Positions 62,409 to 64,000 of a stretch of 64,000 nucleotides of DNA are shown here, piece after piece. The translations under genes were made by a program, and so were the position numbers. The notes beneath the pieces were generated by a model. The model worked only from the letters and a program-made list of their open reading frames with translations, made no database searches and was not told the origin of the DNA. This DNA comes from an uncultured Chloroflexia bacterium (GTDB lineage: Bacteria; Chloroflexota; Limnocylindria; Limnocylindrales; CSP1-4). The stretch spans positions 66,407-130,406 of the forward strand of contig CAVOJY010000003.1 in the NCBI GenBank assembly GCA_963696405.1, given 5' to 3'. The stretch's first letter is position 1. The number at the start of each line of letters is the position of its first letter.

Positions 62409-64000
62409 TCATGATGCGGCGGCCGCCGACGCGCCGCTCGCGGGCGGCAGGGCTGTCGCCACGAACTGCTCGTGGTAGAGCCGGGCGTACAGCCCCCGCT
62501 GCGCGACGAGCTCCGCGTGGCGTCCTCGCTCGACGATGTGCCCGCGGTCGAATACCAGGATGACGTCCGCGGCGAGGATGGTCGACAGGCGGTGAGCGAT
62601 GGCGATCGTCGTGCGTCCCTCCATGAGCCGCTCGAGGGCGGCCTGGATCAGGCGCTCGCTGACCGTGTCGAGCGCGCTGGTGGCCTCGTCGAGGATCAGA
62701 ATGCGCGGGTCCTTGAGCAGCACCCGTGCGATCGCCAGTCGCTGCTTCTCGCCGCCCGAGAGCCGGTACCCGCGCTCGCCGACCACGGTGTCGTATCCCT
62801 CGGGGAGCTCCATGATCCGGTCGTGGAGGGCGGCCGCCTGCGCGGCCGTCTCGACCTGCTCATCGGTCGCATCGGGGCGCCCATACCGCAGGTTCTCGGC
62901 GATCGTCGAGTGGAACAGGTACGTCTCCTGGGTCACGAAGCCGATCGTCGTCCCGAGGGACTCGAGCGTGAGATCCCGGACGTCTGTGCCGTCGATGAGG
63001 ACGCTCCCCTCGTCGGCGTCGTAGAGCCGCGGGATGAGATACGTCGTGGTCGTCTTTCCCGCGCCTGACGGGCCGACGAGGGCGACGAGCTGTCCGGGCT
63101 CGACCTCGAAGCTGACGTCCTCGAGGCCGAACGGGACCGGGAGAACCGGTTCGGCATCGGCGGCAAGAGAAGCGCCGGTGCCGCGGCCGTCGCGTGGGTC
63201 ATCGTCGCTGCCTTCGGCCGCGCGGGCCAGGTCGGCAAGCTCGTCGGCGCCGATCTCCGGCTGGGTGTCGCGGAGCGCCTCCGCCGCGATCGCCGCCCGC
63301 GCGTCGCCGCGAACCGTGCCGCTGCCCGCGGCCCGGTCGTCATCGGCGCCCTGCGGCGCAGCCGGGTACCGGAACGACACGCGATCGAACCGGACCGCGC
63401 CGTTGGCCGTTGCCGGATCGAGCGCGATCGCCCCCGGGCGATCCCTGATCGACGGCTCGATATCGAGGTACTCGAAGATCCGGTCGAAGAGGGCGAGCGC
63501 CCCCTGGATCTCCACCTGGAGGCTGAGGAGCGACCCCAGCGGGAAGAACAGGCGGCTCTGGAGGGTCGTGAAGACCACGATCTCTCCGACGGTGATGCTG
63601 TCGTCGCCCTGCATGATGAGCACGCCGGCGAAGAAGTAGACGAGCGCCGGGGTGATCGAGAAGACGGTACCGATGATCATGAAGAACCAGCGGCCGATCA
63701 TGGCCTGGCGGACCTGCAGCCGCGCCAGCCGCTCGTTCTCCAGGCTGAACCGGGTCACCATCGTGCGCTGCTGGCCGAAGGTCTTGGAGAGGAGGATGCC
63801 GCTCACGCTGAGGCTCTCCTCGGTGATCGCCGACATCTCCGCCAGCGACTTCTGGGTCTGGGTCGCCACCCGCCTTCGCACCTTCCCTACGCGGTAGGTC
63901 AGGTACATGAAGAACGGCAGGACGCCGATCGAGAGGAGCGCCAGCTGCCAGTTCAGGATCAGCATGAAGGCGATCGTGCTGATGACCGTGGTGAGGCTGC
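62409..64000 (-). CDS. ABC exporter, fused permease/ATPase (MsbA-like), C-terminal ~530 aa; gene continues beyond window end
   Basis: TMD helices followed by an NBD with Walker A GPSGAGKTT, signature LSGGEKQR and Walker B ILILDEATSALD. The frame is open to position 64000. Confidence 0.9.
   Translation of the reverse strand, partial: SLTTVISTIAFMLILNWQLALLSIGVLPFFMYLTYRVGKVRRRVATQTQKSLAEMSAITEESLSVSGILLSKTFGQQRTMVTRFSLENERLARLQVRQAMIGRWFFMIIGTVFSITPALVYFFAGVLIMQGDDSITVGEIVVFTTLQSRLFFPLGSLLSLQVEIQGALALFDRIFEYLDIEPSIRDRPGAIALDPATANGAVRFDRVSFRYPAAPQGADDDRAAGSGTVRGDARAAIAAEALRDTQPEIGADELADLARAAEGSDDDPRDGRGTGASLAADAEPVLPVPFGLEDVSFEVEPGQLVALVGPSGAGKTTTTYLIPRLYDADEGSVLIDGTDVRDLTLESLGTTIGFVTQETYLFHSTIAENLRYGRPDATDEQVETAAQAAALHDRIMELPEGYDTVVGERGYRLSGGEKQRLAIARVLLKDPRILILDEATSALDTVSERLIQAALERLMEGRTTIAIAHRLSTILAADVILVFDRGHIVERGRHAELVAQRGLYARLYHEQFVATALPPASGASAAAAS

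Overview
Very GC-rich bacterial chromosomal window. Gene content and codon bias look Actinomycetota-like, but I cannot verify the taxon here. I count about 75 protein-coding genes, tightly packed, many joined by ATGA/GTGA/TGATG stop-start overlaps. I found no rRNA, tRNA, CRISPR array, transposase or integrase.

All family assignments come from reading motifs in the supplied translations and from my own translation of selected stretches. No HMM or BLAST was run. The ORF track reports the longest ORF and shows GTG/TTG starts as M, so many 5' ends are approximate.

Layout:
1. 0-6.3 kb: LMW-PTP/ArsC fragment, an acidic disordered protein, CYTH-CHAD, ppk1, DUF971, and a disrupted lipoprotein gene.
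2. 6.4-23.3 kb: one unbroken minus-strand array of about 20 genes. It holds FdrA, DUF1116, DUF2877 and carbamate kinase (the E. coli allFGH/allK-type set). These are interleaved with two extra aspartase/fumarase-superfamily lyases, an ACC-deaminase-family PLP enzyme, frameshifted ComA, a flavoprotein, OsmC, an FmdB zinc ribbon, a GT4 glycosyltransferase and a YeiH-type exporter.
3. 23.3-28.7 kb: a Nit1C / Sll0783-MSMEG_0565-0572-like set (AIR-synthase-like, GNAT, radical SAM, Sll0783-like). It has no nitrilase but does have an amidohydrolase and an AmiS/UreI-like channel.
4. 28.9-32.6 kb: a methyltransferase, a PadR / NifX-like / radical SAM operon, and two small divergent proteins.
5. 33.0-39.6 kb: a complete bacterial microcompartment (BMC) operon. 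It encodes RpiB, DeoC and an acylating aldehyde dehydrogenase, each with an encapsulation-peptide-like N-terminus, plus 1 BMC-H, 2 BMC-T, 3 BMC-P and a GntR regulator.
6. 39.6-44.4 kb: Fur/Zur with a metal ABC importer, and DsbA-VKOR.
7. 44.4-46.5 kb: an ArgH-methyltransferase fusion.
8. 46.5-54.5 kb: ArsR, DsrE, TusA, an MvhD-like protein, two HdrA/QmoAB-like proteins, a small wHTH protein, a QmoC-like membrane subunit, hemerythrin and two more DsrE.
9. 54.5-61.2 kb: GNAT, VapBC, and argG-argR-argB-argJ-argC.
10. 61.2-64 kb: HAD-II dehalogenase, OsmC, and a partial ABC exporter.

Best candidates for an undescribed or uncharacterised system:
- the RpiB/DeoC/AldDH microcompartment;
- the Qmo-like DsrE/TusA sulfur-relay operon, which lacks AprAB and HdrB;
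- the 22-kb nitrogen/C1-amide supercluster that merges AllFGH-like and Nit1C-like genes.

Four genes carry frame disruptions, one through a perfect 23-bp tandem duplication. These may be real decay or assembly errors.
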